This document shows positions 19,933 through 29,079 of a DNA stretch of 64,000 nucleotides, piece after piece. The stretch comes from Bacteroidaceae bacterium (GTDB taxonomy: Bacteria; Bacteroidota; Bacteroidia; Bacteroidales; Bacteroidaceae). The translations under genes were made by a program, and so were the position numbers. The notes below the pieces were generated by a model. It saw only the letters and a list, made by a program, of their open reading frames with translations, had not been told where the DNA came from and searched no databases. The first letter of the stretch is position 1, and each line of letters opens with the position of its first letter. The DNA lies in assembly GCA_017617315.1 (NCBI GenBank), contig JAFZWM010000054.1, forward strand, positions 1 through 64,000, in the 5' to 3' direction.

Positions 19933-22035
19933 ATGGCTAAAAAAAATGACGGTAAGAAGGGCTTCAAGCCCATATTTACTTTTAACCTTACATGGCTGTA
20001 TGTAGTTATTGCAGTTGTCCTGGGCATACTGTACTTTACACAAAGCGACAGCAGTATGTACAAATCGGCCACATATTCGCAGTTCAAGGAATATGTTAAC
20101 AACGGATATGCCGAAAAGATAACTGTACAGAAAGACGAAGGCACGCTGAGAATGTTCGTAAAGAAAGAATACATCCGCGAAATCTTCAAGACTGGTCCCG
20201 ACAAGGTTAACGGCACTCCATACGTTTCGGTTGAGTACGGTTCGATAGAGAATCTCGAGAACTTCATCGACACCCAGACTGAGCTTGGAAAGTTCAACGG
20301 AAAGTTTTCGTTCGAGCATAGTCAGGACTTCAGCCACATCTTGTTTACATGGCTTCCGATACTGTTCTTCACATATCTCATCTTCACAATGTTCCGCCGA
20401 GTTGGCAGCGGAGGTGGCGGCGGCTTCGGCGGCGGCATCTTCAATGTCGGACAGAGCAAGGCTAAGCTGATTGACAAGGACAACAAGGACGAGATGAAGG
20501 TAACATTCAAGGATGTTGCCGGACAGGAAGGCGCAAAGCAGGAGGTTCAGGAGATTGTCGATTTCTTGAAGAATCCGGCAAAATATACCGAGCTGGGAGG
20601 TAAGATTCCAAAGGGCGCATTGCTCGTTGGCCCTCCGGGAACTGGTAAGACCCTGCTTGCAAAGGCAGTAGCCGGCGAGGCTGATGTTCCGTTCTTCTCA
20701 ATGTCGGGTTCCGACTTTGTTGAGATGTTCGTGGGTGTAGGTGCAAGCCGCGTGCGCGACCTCTTCAGCAAGGCTAAGGCAAAAGCTCCATGTATCATCT
20801 TCATCGACGAGATTGATGCCGTAGGACGCGCCCGAAGCAACAAGGCTTCGTTCGGAGGCAACGACGAGCGCGAAAGCACTCTTAACCAGCTGCTTACCGA
20901 GATGGACGGTTTCGGAACAAACAGCGGTGTCATCATCTTGGCTGCAACAAACCGCGCCGACATCCTCGACAAGGCCCTTCTTCGTGCAGGCCGTTTCGAC
21001 CGTCAGATTCACGTTGAGCTGCCTGAGCTAAACGAGCGTAAGGCCATCTTCGGCGTTCACCTCAGACCGCTGAAGATTGACGAGACCGTTGACGTGAACC
21101 AGCTTGCCCGTCAGACTCCGGGATTCTCGGGAGCCGACATCGCCAACGTGTGCAACGAGGCTGCACTTATAGCAGCACGCCACGAGGCTACAGCCGTAAG
21201 CCGTCAGGACTTCCTTGATGCCATCGACCGCATCATCGGCGGTCTGGAGAAGAAGACAAAGATAATGACCAATGCCGAGAAGCGTTCAATCGCCATCCAC
21301 GAGGCAGGCCACGCAACCCTTTCATGGTTCTTGCAGCATGCCAATCCGCTTGTCAAGGTTTCTATCGTGCCACGAGGCATCTCGCTCGGCGCAGCATGGT
21401 ACATGCCGGAGGAAAGACAGATAACTACAAAGGAGCACATTCTCGACGAACTCTGCTCGCTGCTTGGCGGTAGAGCTGCCGAAGAGCTGTTTACAAACCA
21501 CATCGGAACAGGCGCGCTCAACGACCTTGAGAGAGCCAACAGATCGGCTTACAGCATGGTGGCATACATGGGTATGAGCGACGAGCTGCCAAACATCTGC
21601 TTCTACAACAACAACGAATACGAGTTCAGCAAGCCTTACAGCGAAGCAACGGCTCACCTCATAGACAAAGAGGTTGCCAAGATTCTGGCAGAGCAGTACA
21701 AGCGCGCCAAGGATATGCTGAAGGAGCATGCCGAGGGCCACAACAAGCTGGCCGACCTTCTTGTTGAGAAGGAAGTTATCATGGCAGAGGATCTTGAAGC
21801 AATATTCGGTCCACGCCCATGGCAGTCGCGCTCTGAAGAGATTTTCGAGGAAAACCCCGAACTGAAGGCTGAATACGAGGCTGAACTGAAGGCACGCGCC
21901 GAGGCAATGGCAGCCAAGGCAGCCGAAGAGGATGCCGAGGAAGCACGACTCGCAGGCGAGGAGCAGAATCAGACCGAGGACAATACTCCCGACAACTACG
22001 ACAAAAATGAGAAATCAGGCTCGGACAATGCCTGA
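19933..22035 (+). CDS. ftsH: ATP-dependent zinc metalloprotease FtsH
   Basis: 700 aa. Walker [12 protein letters not shown] region, HEAGHA zinc site, acidic C-terminal tail. Confidence 0.95.
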   Translation: MAKKNDGKKGFKPIFTFNLTWLYVVIAVVLGILYFTQSDSSMYKSATYSQFKEYVNNGYAEKITVQKDEGTLRMFVKKEYIREIFKTGPDKVNGTPYVSVEYGSIENLENFIDTQTELGKFNGKFSFEHSQDFSHILFTWLPILFFTYLIFTMFRRVGSGGGGGFGGGIFNVGQSKAKLIDKDNKDEMKVTFKDVAGQEGAKQEVQEIVDFLKNPAKYTELGGKIPKGALLVGPPGTGKTLLAKAVAGEADVPFFSMSGSDFVEMFVGVGASRVRDLFSKAKAKAPCIIFIDEIDAVGRARSNKASFGGNDERESTLNQLLTEMDGFGTNSGVIILAATNRADILDKALLRAGRFDRQIHVELPELNERKAIFGVHLRPLKIDETVDVNQLARQTPGFSGADIANVCNEAALIAARHEATAVSRQDFLDAIDRIIGGLEKKTKIMTNAEKRSIAIHEAGHATLSWFLQHANPLVKVSIVPRGISLGAAWYMPEERQITTKEHILDELCSLLGGRAAEELFTNHIGTGALNDLERANRSAYSMVAYMGMSDELPNICFYNNNEYEFSKPYSEATAHLIDKEVAKILAEQYKRAKDMLKEHAEGHNKLADLLVEKEVIMAEDLEAIFGPRPWQSRSEEIFEENPELKAEYEAELKARAEAMAAKAAEEDAEEARLAGEEQNQTEDNTPDNYDKNEKSGSDNA

Positions 22036-22115
22036 CAATGAATAACAGCAGATGGGCAGACAACTGCCCGTCTGCACGTTTTAGAAAGACTGACTATAAT
22101 TATTAGATAAATCGT

Positions 22116-22970
22116 ATGAATGCAAAAGTTAAGAATCTCATTGTGAGAGCCATCACGGGCGCAGTATTCGTTGCCGTTCTGGTTTCGGCTATATGCTTCG
22201 GATATGCCACAATGGGATTGCTATTCGGCATAATAACAGGACTTTCCGTGTGGGAGTTCTGCTCTATCGTAAACTCTCGCGAGGATGTTGATGTAAACAA
22301 AACCATTGTTACGCTTACGGGCGTGTGTCTGTTTGCAGCCACATGGTTCTATTGCGTAACAGGATTCAACAAGGCTTTCATCCTTATTCTGTTTCCAATC
22401 ATCTATCTCGTCATCAGCGAGTTGTATCTTCAGCAGAAAAGTCCGATAAACAACTGGGCATATTCGATGTTTGCAATATTGTATGTGGCTCTGCCTTTCT
22501 CGCTGCTTAACGTGATAAGCATAAAGTCTATTGCAAACACAACCGACATAATGTACGACTATCTCACTCCGCTTGCCATCTTCGTGTTTTTGTGGGCGAG
22601 CGATACTGGCGCATACTGCGTTGGCTCGCTTATCGGAAAGCATCCGCTGTTCAAGCGCATCTCGCCAAACAAGTCGTGGGAAGGCTCTGTTGGCGGAGCG
22701 GTTCTTGCCATTGGCATCAGCATGATTTTTGCACATTACGACACAAGCCTTTATTCAACCTTGCAATGGGCAGGAATGGCTCTGGTGGTGGTTGTGTTCG
22801 GCACATGGGGCGACCTTGTGGAATCGCTGATGAAGCGCCAGCTGGGCATAAAGGATTCGGGCAACATTCTTCCGGGGCACGGCGGAATGCTCGACCGTTT
22901 CGACAGTTCGCTCATTGCCATTCCGGCAGTTGCGCTGTATCTTACAATCTGCGAATCTTATTTTAGATAA
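22116..22970 (+). CDS. cdsA: phosphatidate cytidylyltransferase
   Basis: 284 aa. CTP_transf_1 signature ...WASDTGAYCVGSLIGKHPLF...SPNKSWEGSVGG...GHGGMLDRFDS. Confidence 0.9.
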   Translation: MNAKVKNLIVRAITGAVFVAVLVSAICFGYATMGLLFGIITGLSVWEFCSIVNSREDVDVNKTIVTLTGVCLFAATWFYCVTGFNKAFILILFPIIYLVISELYLQQKSPINNWAYSMFAILYVALPFSLLNVISIKSIANTTDIMYDYLTPLAIFVFLWASDTGAYCVGSLIGKHPLFKRISPNKSWEGSVGGAVLAIGISMIFAHYDTSLYSTLQWAGMALVVVVFGTWGDLVESLMKRQLGIKDSGNILPGHGGMLDRFDSSLIAIPAVALYLTICESYFR

Positions 22971-23015
22971 TGATAACAAAACTCCGCCTTGCATTTACTG
23001 ATGCAAGGCGGAGTT
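22568..23015. repeat. direct repeat copy 1: native cdsA 3' end plus its terminator hairpin
   Basis: About 440 bp and about 95% identical to 26356-26799. Differences in the coding part are almost all synonymous. Terminator ctccgccttgca-N8-tgcaaggcggag at 22981-23014. Confidence 0.9.
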
Positions 23016-23249
23016 CTTTATTTACAACATTTGTATGACAACAGAAACGTTTTGGCATTCAATATCTCCAATACACACGACGTATGAAAAGAAAATAAGA
23101 CAAATAATACAAAAATAAACTTTCCGACATCGCAAATAAGACCTTTTATTGAATTAAGTTTCATACACAAAATTAAATGCCCATTTCGTTTATGATTTTG
23201 TAACCACTTGTTGCAAATATAACGAAACTTTCTCAAAATGCAACATTAA

Positions 23250-23410
23250 GCGTTTCAGCGTTTCAGCGTTTCAAGTGTTTCAGAGGCATGTTTTTTGTTT
23301 CAAGCACTTATATATTATATATAACTAATTAATAATTAATAAATTATATAATATAAAGCAAGAAATTGAAATCACCAGAGGGGTAGCTGAAACGCTGAAA
23401 CGCCGAAACG
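23250..23410. repeat. long inverted repeat of tandem 8-mers (GCGTTTCA x3-4) flanking a 112-nt AT-rich spacer
   Basis: Left arm gcgtttcagcgtttcagcgtttcaagtgtttcag at 23250-23284. Right arm ctgaaacgctgaaacgccgaaacg at 23387-23410, which is the reverse complement at 23 of 24 positions. The spacer is more than 85% A+T. Confidence 0.8.
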
Positions 23411-23635
23411 TCCCATACATTAAAGCTCACATTGTCAACAACTTATCGCACCCCGTAAAGATTTTCAATCGAAAATAAGCGGCATAAAACATGCAAAAAC
23501 GATGCGGAAAAAGCAAAAAACGCTCCAAATACGCATCAGAATCGGAAGGAATTGTACATATCCCGAACGCATCTCGAAGGAATCCCGAACAAATAACGAA
23601 GCCGAAAACATGGCAAAACGTCCCCGCAACATTCA

Positions 23636-25984
23636 TCAGAAATGGCAAGTCAAGCCGGCACGCGCTTCGAAAGTATTTGTTTTCACATTATCGTAATATT
23701 TGTAGCGCGTTTTGCGTCCGAAGAACGTACTGCTTAAAACGATGCTCCAGTTCTTTCTGAGGTCAATCTCCGCAATCGGGTTAAGCACCAGAAGCGACGC
23801 AACGCCCCTATCGCCCTGCGAATTGAGGAACAGAGGATCGACTTTCGACAAATCTTTCTGCTCATAGCCCTTCCATGTATATATGCGGTAGTACTGAGTA
23901 TGCAGAATGAAGCGTCCGAAGTGGCGCAGTTCGAGATGTGTCTTTGCCTTGACGCTGAAACCGCTTCCCATGTTGTAGTCGCGGTCGATAAAGCTGTAAT
24001 AGTCGCTCTTTGTTCCGCCCAGCAAAATTCCGTTTATGAAAATGCGCTGTTCCAGACGGTTTAGCGCGCCTACGCTTGGAAACTGGAAGATGAATCCCGG
24101 ACCGAAAGCCGCCGCCTCGCTGATGCGGTACGGAGTCTGGTCTGAACCATCCTTTACGGCCTTTGAGTTGAAATAATCGAAATGCTGATATATTCCGAAC
24201 TCGCCCTTTATGTTCTTGCTGTCGAATACGAGCGCACTCCATAGTCGGCCAACCAGATTCAGACGGTTGATAATAGGCTGGTTACTGCTCAGACCGAAAG
24301 TAATCTCGGCATTGAAATAATCGTAAGGTGCATTGGTCTCGCCCTCATTAACAGGGTCGCCATAGTCAAGATAGAGATTGAGGTAAGGATTGTGCTCACC
24401 CCTGAACAACGAGCCATTGTCGGCCAGATAGCGGTTGCCCACCGACATAGAGAAGTCTATAGGGAACTTCTCACGGTTGTGATACAGATAGTTTTCGTTG
24501 CGAACCCACCACGCATCGCCCGTGGCCATACGTTTAAGTCCGCCCATCGGGTTAAAGATTGTTGCCGCAGCCTCGCGGAAGAATCTGTTAAGCCCTCGTT
24601 TTCTGTCGTCAAGAAATATGCGGCTTATGCGGTTGGTTATCTCGCCTATACAGATACCGCCGCAAGTGGTGGCTATCAGATCGTTGATTGCCGGCGGCTC
24701 AACCTCGCCCAGAAACTCCCACTCAAGAGAGCCGACGAGAGCGTATGGTGCCGACTGCCAGAAATTAAGCCCCTGCGAGCGGGCTGAATTGAAATAGAGA
24801 TTGCCGTGATACGGGTGCATGAAAAGGTTTGTTGAGAACTGGTCGTTGTCCCATACAAAACCGTGTCTGAAGTTGTTGCGGCACGAGCGTAGGCTTGTCT
24901 TTGCAAAGTCTTCATCCAATACAAAGCGGTCGAACAAATGCACGCCCAGATTCACACCCGTAACCTGCGCCAATGCCCACCAAGGATGCTTACGTTGCAG
25001 ACCGTTGTTTACCATTATGCTGTCGCTCTCTCCGTTGTCATCAACAACCATCGGGGCTGAATATTTCCGAATATCGCCATTACGCAGATAGCGAAACGTT
25101 AGTCCGGCCTCGACCAACGGCCTGCTGCGATAGTGCCGCCATCGCTGATAGTATCGCGTATCGCCGTAGCCCACGCTTGCAAACGCTCCCAGCTTCTTCG
25201 AAATCTGATAGTCGAGATTCAGGCGCGCCTGCAACGAAAAGAGTCGTTCGGGCGCATCGGCCGAATTCTGCTTGAATGTCTCTACATGATAGTAGCCCAC
25301 ATCGCCGCTAAGAGTCCACTTCGGACTGAGCCGTGTGTAGAGGCCGAGGCGGTAGAACAACGCTCCGGAGAACTTCTCGTCGAGCCCCATGAAGTGCGTG
25401 CCGAAGCCTACTATATTGTAAGTATGGCGATTGCGGAAGCGCACGGCAACGTTTGCCTTTGTGGTGCTGCCGCCATACATCATCAAGTCTACCTCGGTAT
25501 TTGGATTGACATTTACCAGTCCTATTTTGTGCGAGATGGTGTCGTGGGTTATGTTGAGCAATCCAATCTGCCAGCCTTTAGGATGTGTTCGCGCCACATT
25601 GAATATTCCGATTTGCGTACCGTTAAGCGAGTCGGCATAGTTGTAGAATGCGGTCTGCAAGCCTCGCATGTAGCCCGACGAAACGTTGAGCATGCTCGAC
25701 ATCTGAACACCTCGCTCAACTCCGGCTGCGATATTGCTGACGCCACTCAGCTGAACGCCTCGCAGAGAACCCGTAGTCATATTCGAAAATCCCGACAACT
25801 GCACTCCCCTCGCCTTTGCGCCGGCAACCGACGCAACGACTCCAAACTGCATTCCGCGCACCGAATCCTGTCCGCTGACAATGCCCACGGGACAATTCTG
25901 AGCCGCGGCACTTAGCGAGGCTGCCGCCAATATCAAGACTGTAAAAACATTCTTCATAAATATATAATTTACTTGATTCAGCAC
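23636..25984 (-). CDS. outer-membrane protein with N-terminal 16-residue tandem repeats and C-terminal beta-barrel
   Basis: 782 aa. Signal peptide. Six to seven 16-aa repeats (RGVQLSGFSNMTTGSL / RGVQLSGVSNIAAGVE / RGVQMSSMLNVSSGYM / ...QIGLLNITHDTISHK). Aromatic-rich body ending in the C-terminal ...GLTCHF (terminal Phe as an OMP beta-signal). Confidence 0.6.
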   Translation of the reverse strand: MLNQVNYIFMKNVFTVLILAAASLSAAAQNCPVGIVSGQDSVRGMQFGVVASVAGAKARGVQLSGFSNMTTGSLRGVQLSGVSNIAAGVERGVQMSSMLNVSSGYMRGLQTAFYNYADSLNGTQIGIFNVARTHPKGWQIGLLNITHDTISHKIGLVNVNPNTEVDLMMYGGSTTKANVAVRFRNRHTYNIVGFGTHFMGLDEKFSGALFYRLGLYTRLSPKWTLSGDVGYYHVETFKQNSADAPERLFSLQARLNLDYQISKKLGAFASVGYGDTRYYQRWRHYRSRPLVEAGLTFRYLRNGDIRKYSAPMVVDDNGESDSIMVNNGLQRKHPWWALAQVTGVNLGVHLFDRFVLDEDFAKTSLRSCRNNFRHGFVWDNDQFSTNLFMHPYHGNLYFNSARSQGLNFWQSAPYALVGSLEWEFLGEVEPPAINDLIATTCGGICIGEITNRISRIFLDDRKRGLNRFFREAAATIFNPMGGLKRMATGDAWWVRNENYLYHNREKFPIDFSMSVGNRYLADNGSLFRGEHNPYLNLYLDYGDPVNEGETNAPYDYFNAEITFGLSSNQPIINRLNLVGRLWSALVFDSKNIKGEFGIYQHFDYFNSKAVKDGSDQTPYRISEAAAFGPGFIFQFPSVGALNRLEQRIFINGILLGGTKSDYYSFIDRDYNMGSGFSVKAKTHLELRHFGRFILHTQYYRIYTWKGYEQKDLSKVDPLFLNSQGDRGVASLLVLNPIAEIDLRKNWSIVLSSTFFGRKTRYKYYDNVKTNTFEARAGLTCHF

Positions 25985-26135
25985 TTGCGTGCAAAAACGT
26001 GATAAAAATATTACATTTCAACCGAAAATCACTAATATTTTTCCATTTTATTATGCAGAAAATACAGAATATATGTTCAATAATCCACAACAACGAGTCT
26101 TTCAGCAGAAAACGCAGTTGCCGGGAAACAAGAAA

Positions 26136-26175
26136 AACCGCCTTCAAATGCTGGTTTGAAAGCGGTTTTTGCTTC
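26136..26175. terminator. bidirectional hairpin between the 782-aa gene promoter region and the duplicated segment
   Basis: aaaccgccttcaaatgctggtttgaaagcggttt: 14-bp stem with inner ttcaaa/tttgaa, T-runs on both strands. A plus-strand TAtaTTTG box follows at about 26183. Confidence 0.45.
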
Positions 26176-26263
26176 TTGTAAATATATTTGCAGCATCTCT
26201 AAATGGAGCAATCTGCTTTGGAGGTGCCTAGGCTGCCGAAAGGCAGTCCTTTATTTATGATTA

Positions 26264-26305
26264 TCATCCTATCGTCCGCAAAATAGCGAAAAGTTTATAA
26301 TATTG
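26264..26305. repeat. about 40-bp copy of the 3' end (last 13 codons plus stop) of the 28193-29020 gene
   Basis: tcgtccgcaaaatagcgaaaagtttataatattgcttatt versus 28196-28238 tcgttcttaaaatagcgaaaagtttatagatttgcttatt (about 38 of 43). On the minus strand it encodes ...NKQ(I/Y)YKLFAILRTI(E/G)*. Confidence 0.8.
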
Positions 26306-26355
26306 CTTATTGTAAAAATCCATTGAATCGAGATGACATATTGACTTCATCTCTA

Positions 26356-26760
26356 TCTCCTTGCCATCTTCGTCTTTTTGTGGGCAAGCGACACAGGTGC
26401 ATACTGCGTTGGCTCGCTTATCGGAAAACATCCGCTGTTCAAGCGCATCTCGCCAAACAAGTCGTGGGAAGGCTCTGTTGGCGGAGCGGTTCTTGCCATT
26501 GGTATCAGCATGATTTTTGCACACTACGATACAAGCCTTTATTCTACCTTGCAATGGGCTGGAATGGCTCTGGTGGTGGTTGTGTTCGGCACATGGGGCG
26601 ACCTTGTGGAATCGCTGATGAAACGCCAGCTCGGCATAAAGGATTCGGGCAACATTCTTCCGGGTCACGGCGGAATGCTCGACCGTTTCGACAGTTCGCT
26701 CATTGCCATTCCGGCAGTTGCACTATATCTTGCAATCTGCGAATCTTATTTCAGATAATA
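26356..26760 (+). pseudogene. duplicated 3' fragment of cdsA (C-terminal about 130 codons, no start codon) with its own terminator copy at 26762-26799
   Basis: Translates to WASDTGAYCVGSLIGKHPLF...GHGGMLDRFDSSLIAIPAVALYLAICESYFR, one amino-acid difference from cdsA residues about 157-284. The listed ORF 26378-26758 begins at a TTG. Confidence 0.85.
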
Positions 26761-26884
26761 CAAAATTCCGCCTTGCATTTGCTGATGCAAGGCGGAATTT
26801 TACAAACGACTAAAGTCTCGGAAGTAAGACATAAGCATTGTTTGACCAGGAATTCACAAAATCTGTTTTGAACACATATACATT

Positions 26885-27496
26885 CTAATCACCCTCGAAA
26901 TATTCTGTCCTTGGTTCACAACATCTCAAATTTAGTTTTCTTATATCACGATTACTAAGCCTTGAAATTTTTCTCACATCCAAAGGAACAATATCTTTGT
27001 CTATTATTCCATACTCACCTTGCTCATTTATACCGTAATATTCGTAAAACACAACATCTCCACTATACTTGTAGTAAATATACGGAATAGTGTCATTCCC
27101 TTCGAAATATAGCGAGGATGATTCACAACTGTAAATATTACAATTGACCATATCCTTTATTTTCCACAGATTAAGTTTACTATTCTGCATTCTCTTCACA
27201 TATTTTTCCTTAATCTGCTTGTTTAAATACGGATGATAAAAGATTATAATATGGTTTTGACTATATGATATAAATTTGAAATCATTCTGTCCAACAGATA
27301 TTTGCCCATTATCCAAATTGGGAAAATCAAAATGCACAATAGCATTATTGACTTTGACGACTTTAGCCTTCACATAAAGTACATCCGAGCCATATACATC
27401 CTTACCATAAACGTGCAGACAAAAGAGTAAAAAGCCTATAAATAAGATTTTCTTAGACTGCCATTCTTTCATTTTATTCTGATTTGACATAAACAT
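26885..27496 (-). CDS. hypothetical secreted protein (203 aa), AT-rich
   Basis: N-terminal hydrophobic signal-like segment (KKILFIGFLLFCLHVYG). Tyr/Asn/Lys-rich, several Cys. Overlaps the upstream gene by 23 nt. Confidence 0.5.
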   Translation of the reverse strand: MFMSNQNKMKEWQSKKILFIGFLLFCLHVYGKDVYGSDVLYVKAKVVKVNNAIVHFDFPNLDNGQISVGQNDFKFISYSQNHIIIFYHPYLNKQIKEKYVKRMQNSKLNLWKIKDMVNCNIYSCESSSLYFEGNDTIPYIYYKYSGDVVFYEYYGINEQGEYGIIDKDIVPLDVRKISRLSNRDIRKLNLRCCEPRTEYFEGD

Positions 27497-28196
27497 ACGC
27501 TATATGCAACATATACAGACATTTATCTTCAGGACTGAGCAACTGACTTAACTGTGCGTCTTCCAGAAAAGAAAGCACACTTTCGAATGAAATATATTTG
27601 CTACTATTTCCACACGATACCTTCCACGGAAGACATTGCGGATAGATTACTGGTTTTATTGAGACGACTTCGCCGTCTGAACGCACAAGCTCTATTTTCC
27701 GCAACTGCGAATATGAATATCCGAAAACAAAAGGTTTGCACAGAATTTTAAAGATATCGCCACCTCTTAATGAAGTAAAATACCGCTTATTCAGTTTGAA
27801 TTTCTCTTTATCCTTGTAACCGGCTAATTCAAGAGGTGTTGAGTCGAAAAAACTGTCGTTTAGCATTTTAACGTAATTAGAATAGTCTTCGCTCGTAATT
27901 TTAACAAACTTACAACTATCTTTTTTGGCTTGTTTTTCAATTCTGTCTTGCAAGTCGAGCACAAGTTCTTTGTTTATCGTTTTCGGCAGATTATCAGAAT
28001 CTTTTATACGACCGTAGTAATTCTGACATTCGTACACATCGCCTTTGAGCGCATAGCACGCAACCATACGACACGAACCGTAACCAATCACAGAATAGTA
28101 TGTAATGCGCACGGTATCAACAGAAATGCTTTTTGCCGTGGCATGAGAACCGACAAAAGATAAAAGTAAAACGAAAGTTACAATTATTTTTTTCAT
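27474..28196 (-). CDS. hypothetical secreted protein (240 aa), AT-rich
   Basis: Signal peptide MKKIIVTFVLLLSFVGSHATA. Nine Cys. ATGA start/stop overlap with the upstream gene. Confidence 0.5.
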   Translation of the reverse strand: MKKIIVTFVLLLSFVGSHATAKSISVDTVRITYYSVIGYGSCRMVACYALKGDVYECQNYYGRIKDSDNLPKTINKELVLDLQDRIEKQAKKDSCKFVKITSEDYSNYVKMLNDSFFDSTPLELAGYKDKEKFKLNKRYFTSLRGGDIFKILCKPFVFGYSYSQLRKIELVRSDGEVVSIKPVIYPQCLPWKVSCGNSSKYISFESVLSFLEDAQLSQLLSPEDKCLYMLHIAYVYVKSE

Positions 28197-29020
28197 TCTA
28201 TCGTTCTTAAAATAGCGAAAAGTTTATAGATTTGCTTATTACGATTATCGTAATATCCCCAACAATTAGTTATACGGCGCGGTTGAATCTCTTTTTCCTT
28301 GCCATTCCTCTCCTTATAACTAACAGACAACATCCCGTTGAGTTCGAATTTTGAAGTATAATAGAACATTCTCCGATTAAGGAAAACATAGTTGATTATC
28401 AAGAAACAACGCCTTACAGCATCAGCATCCTTACAACGCGTTTCTGTTCCGTCTTCACCTACAATTACACACGAGTCTCTGAAAAACTTTATTGTCTTGT
28501 TGTTCGATTTCAATCTGAAAATGAGTTCAACATCGAATGAGCAATACGGTTCTTTGTATTTCTCGCCACGACTGCGCATACTTCCGACTACTAAATCGCC
28601 GAGAACATCGGCAATTCCGTCTATTCGATAATAATAGCGGTCAATGTCGTCGGCATACAAACGGCAGAGACAAACCTCGTCGGTATATCGGTTTACTCGC
28701 AAGTCGTACACTCTGCCATCTGTGCAATTTACTGTCAGAATATAATCGGCAGCGACAGAAAATTCAGGCGACTTTCTTGCCTTTGAAACTATATGTTTTT
28801 GCAGAGCCGAAGTCTGTTTATTACTCAACACTACCGAATCTTCCCTTACAGAAATCTCCGAATAAGAGCCTTCATTTTCACGCCAAAAACCATGACTCGG
28901 ATTATACAAACTCTGATCGTAATAATACAACGATATTGATTTCACCTTACCGAAATTCAAGTCATGGGCAAAGACAGATGAACAAAGTTGCATTAAGATT
29001 ATGAACAGAACGCTTCTCAT
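28193..29020 (-). CDS. hypothetical secreted protein (275 aa), AT-rich; first gene of a three-gene minus-strand operon
   Basis: Signal peptide MRSVLFIILMQLCSSVFA. Cys-rich. C-terminal ...NKQIYKLFAILRTIE, whose coding 3' end is duplicated at 26264. Confidence 0.5.
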   Translation of the reverse strand: MRSVLFIILMQLCSSVFAHDLNFGKVKSISLYYYDQSLYNPSHGFWRENEGSYSEISVREDSVVLSNKQTSALQKHIVSKARKSPEFSVAADYILTVNCTDGRVYDLRVNRYTDEVCLCRLYADDIDRYYYRIDGIADVLGDLVVGSMRSRGEKYKEPYCSFDVELIFRLKSNNKTIKFFRDSCVIVGEDGTETRCKDADAVRRCFLIINYVFLNRRMFYYTSKFELNGMLSVSYKERNGKEKEIQPRRITNCWGYYDNRNKQIYKLFAILRTIE

Positions 29021-29079
29021 AGAGTGAAGTTTTAGTTACAAGAGGGAGAACCCGTCTTCAGATTCTCCCCTTTTTATGA

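Noticed and set aside
23250-23410. CRISPR array
   Set aside because: The 8-mer repeats are contiguous, with no spacers, and inverted rather than direct. No cas genes are present in the window.
25133-25915. 260-aa plus-strand ORF and neighbouring 24392-25275 ORFs
   Set aside because: Antisense to the 782-aa OMP gene, with Arg/His-rich composition.
26264-26871. 134-aa minus-strand and 182-aa plus-strand ORFs over the duplicated segment
   Set aside because: They overlap the cdsA 3' duplicate in wrong frames or orientation. The only meaningful reading there is the cdsA frame, which is itself a fragment.
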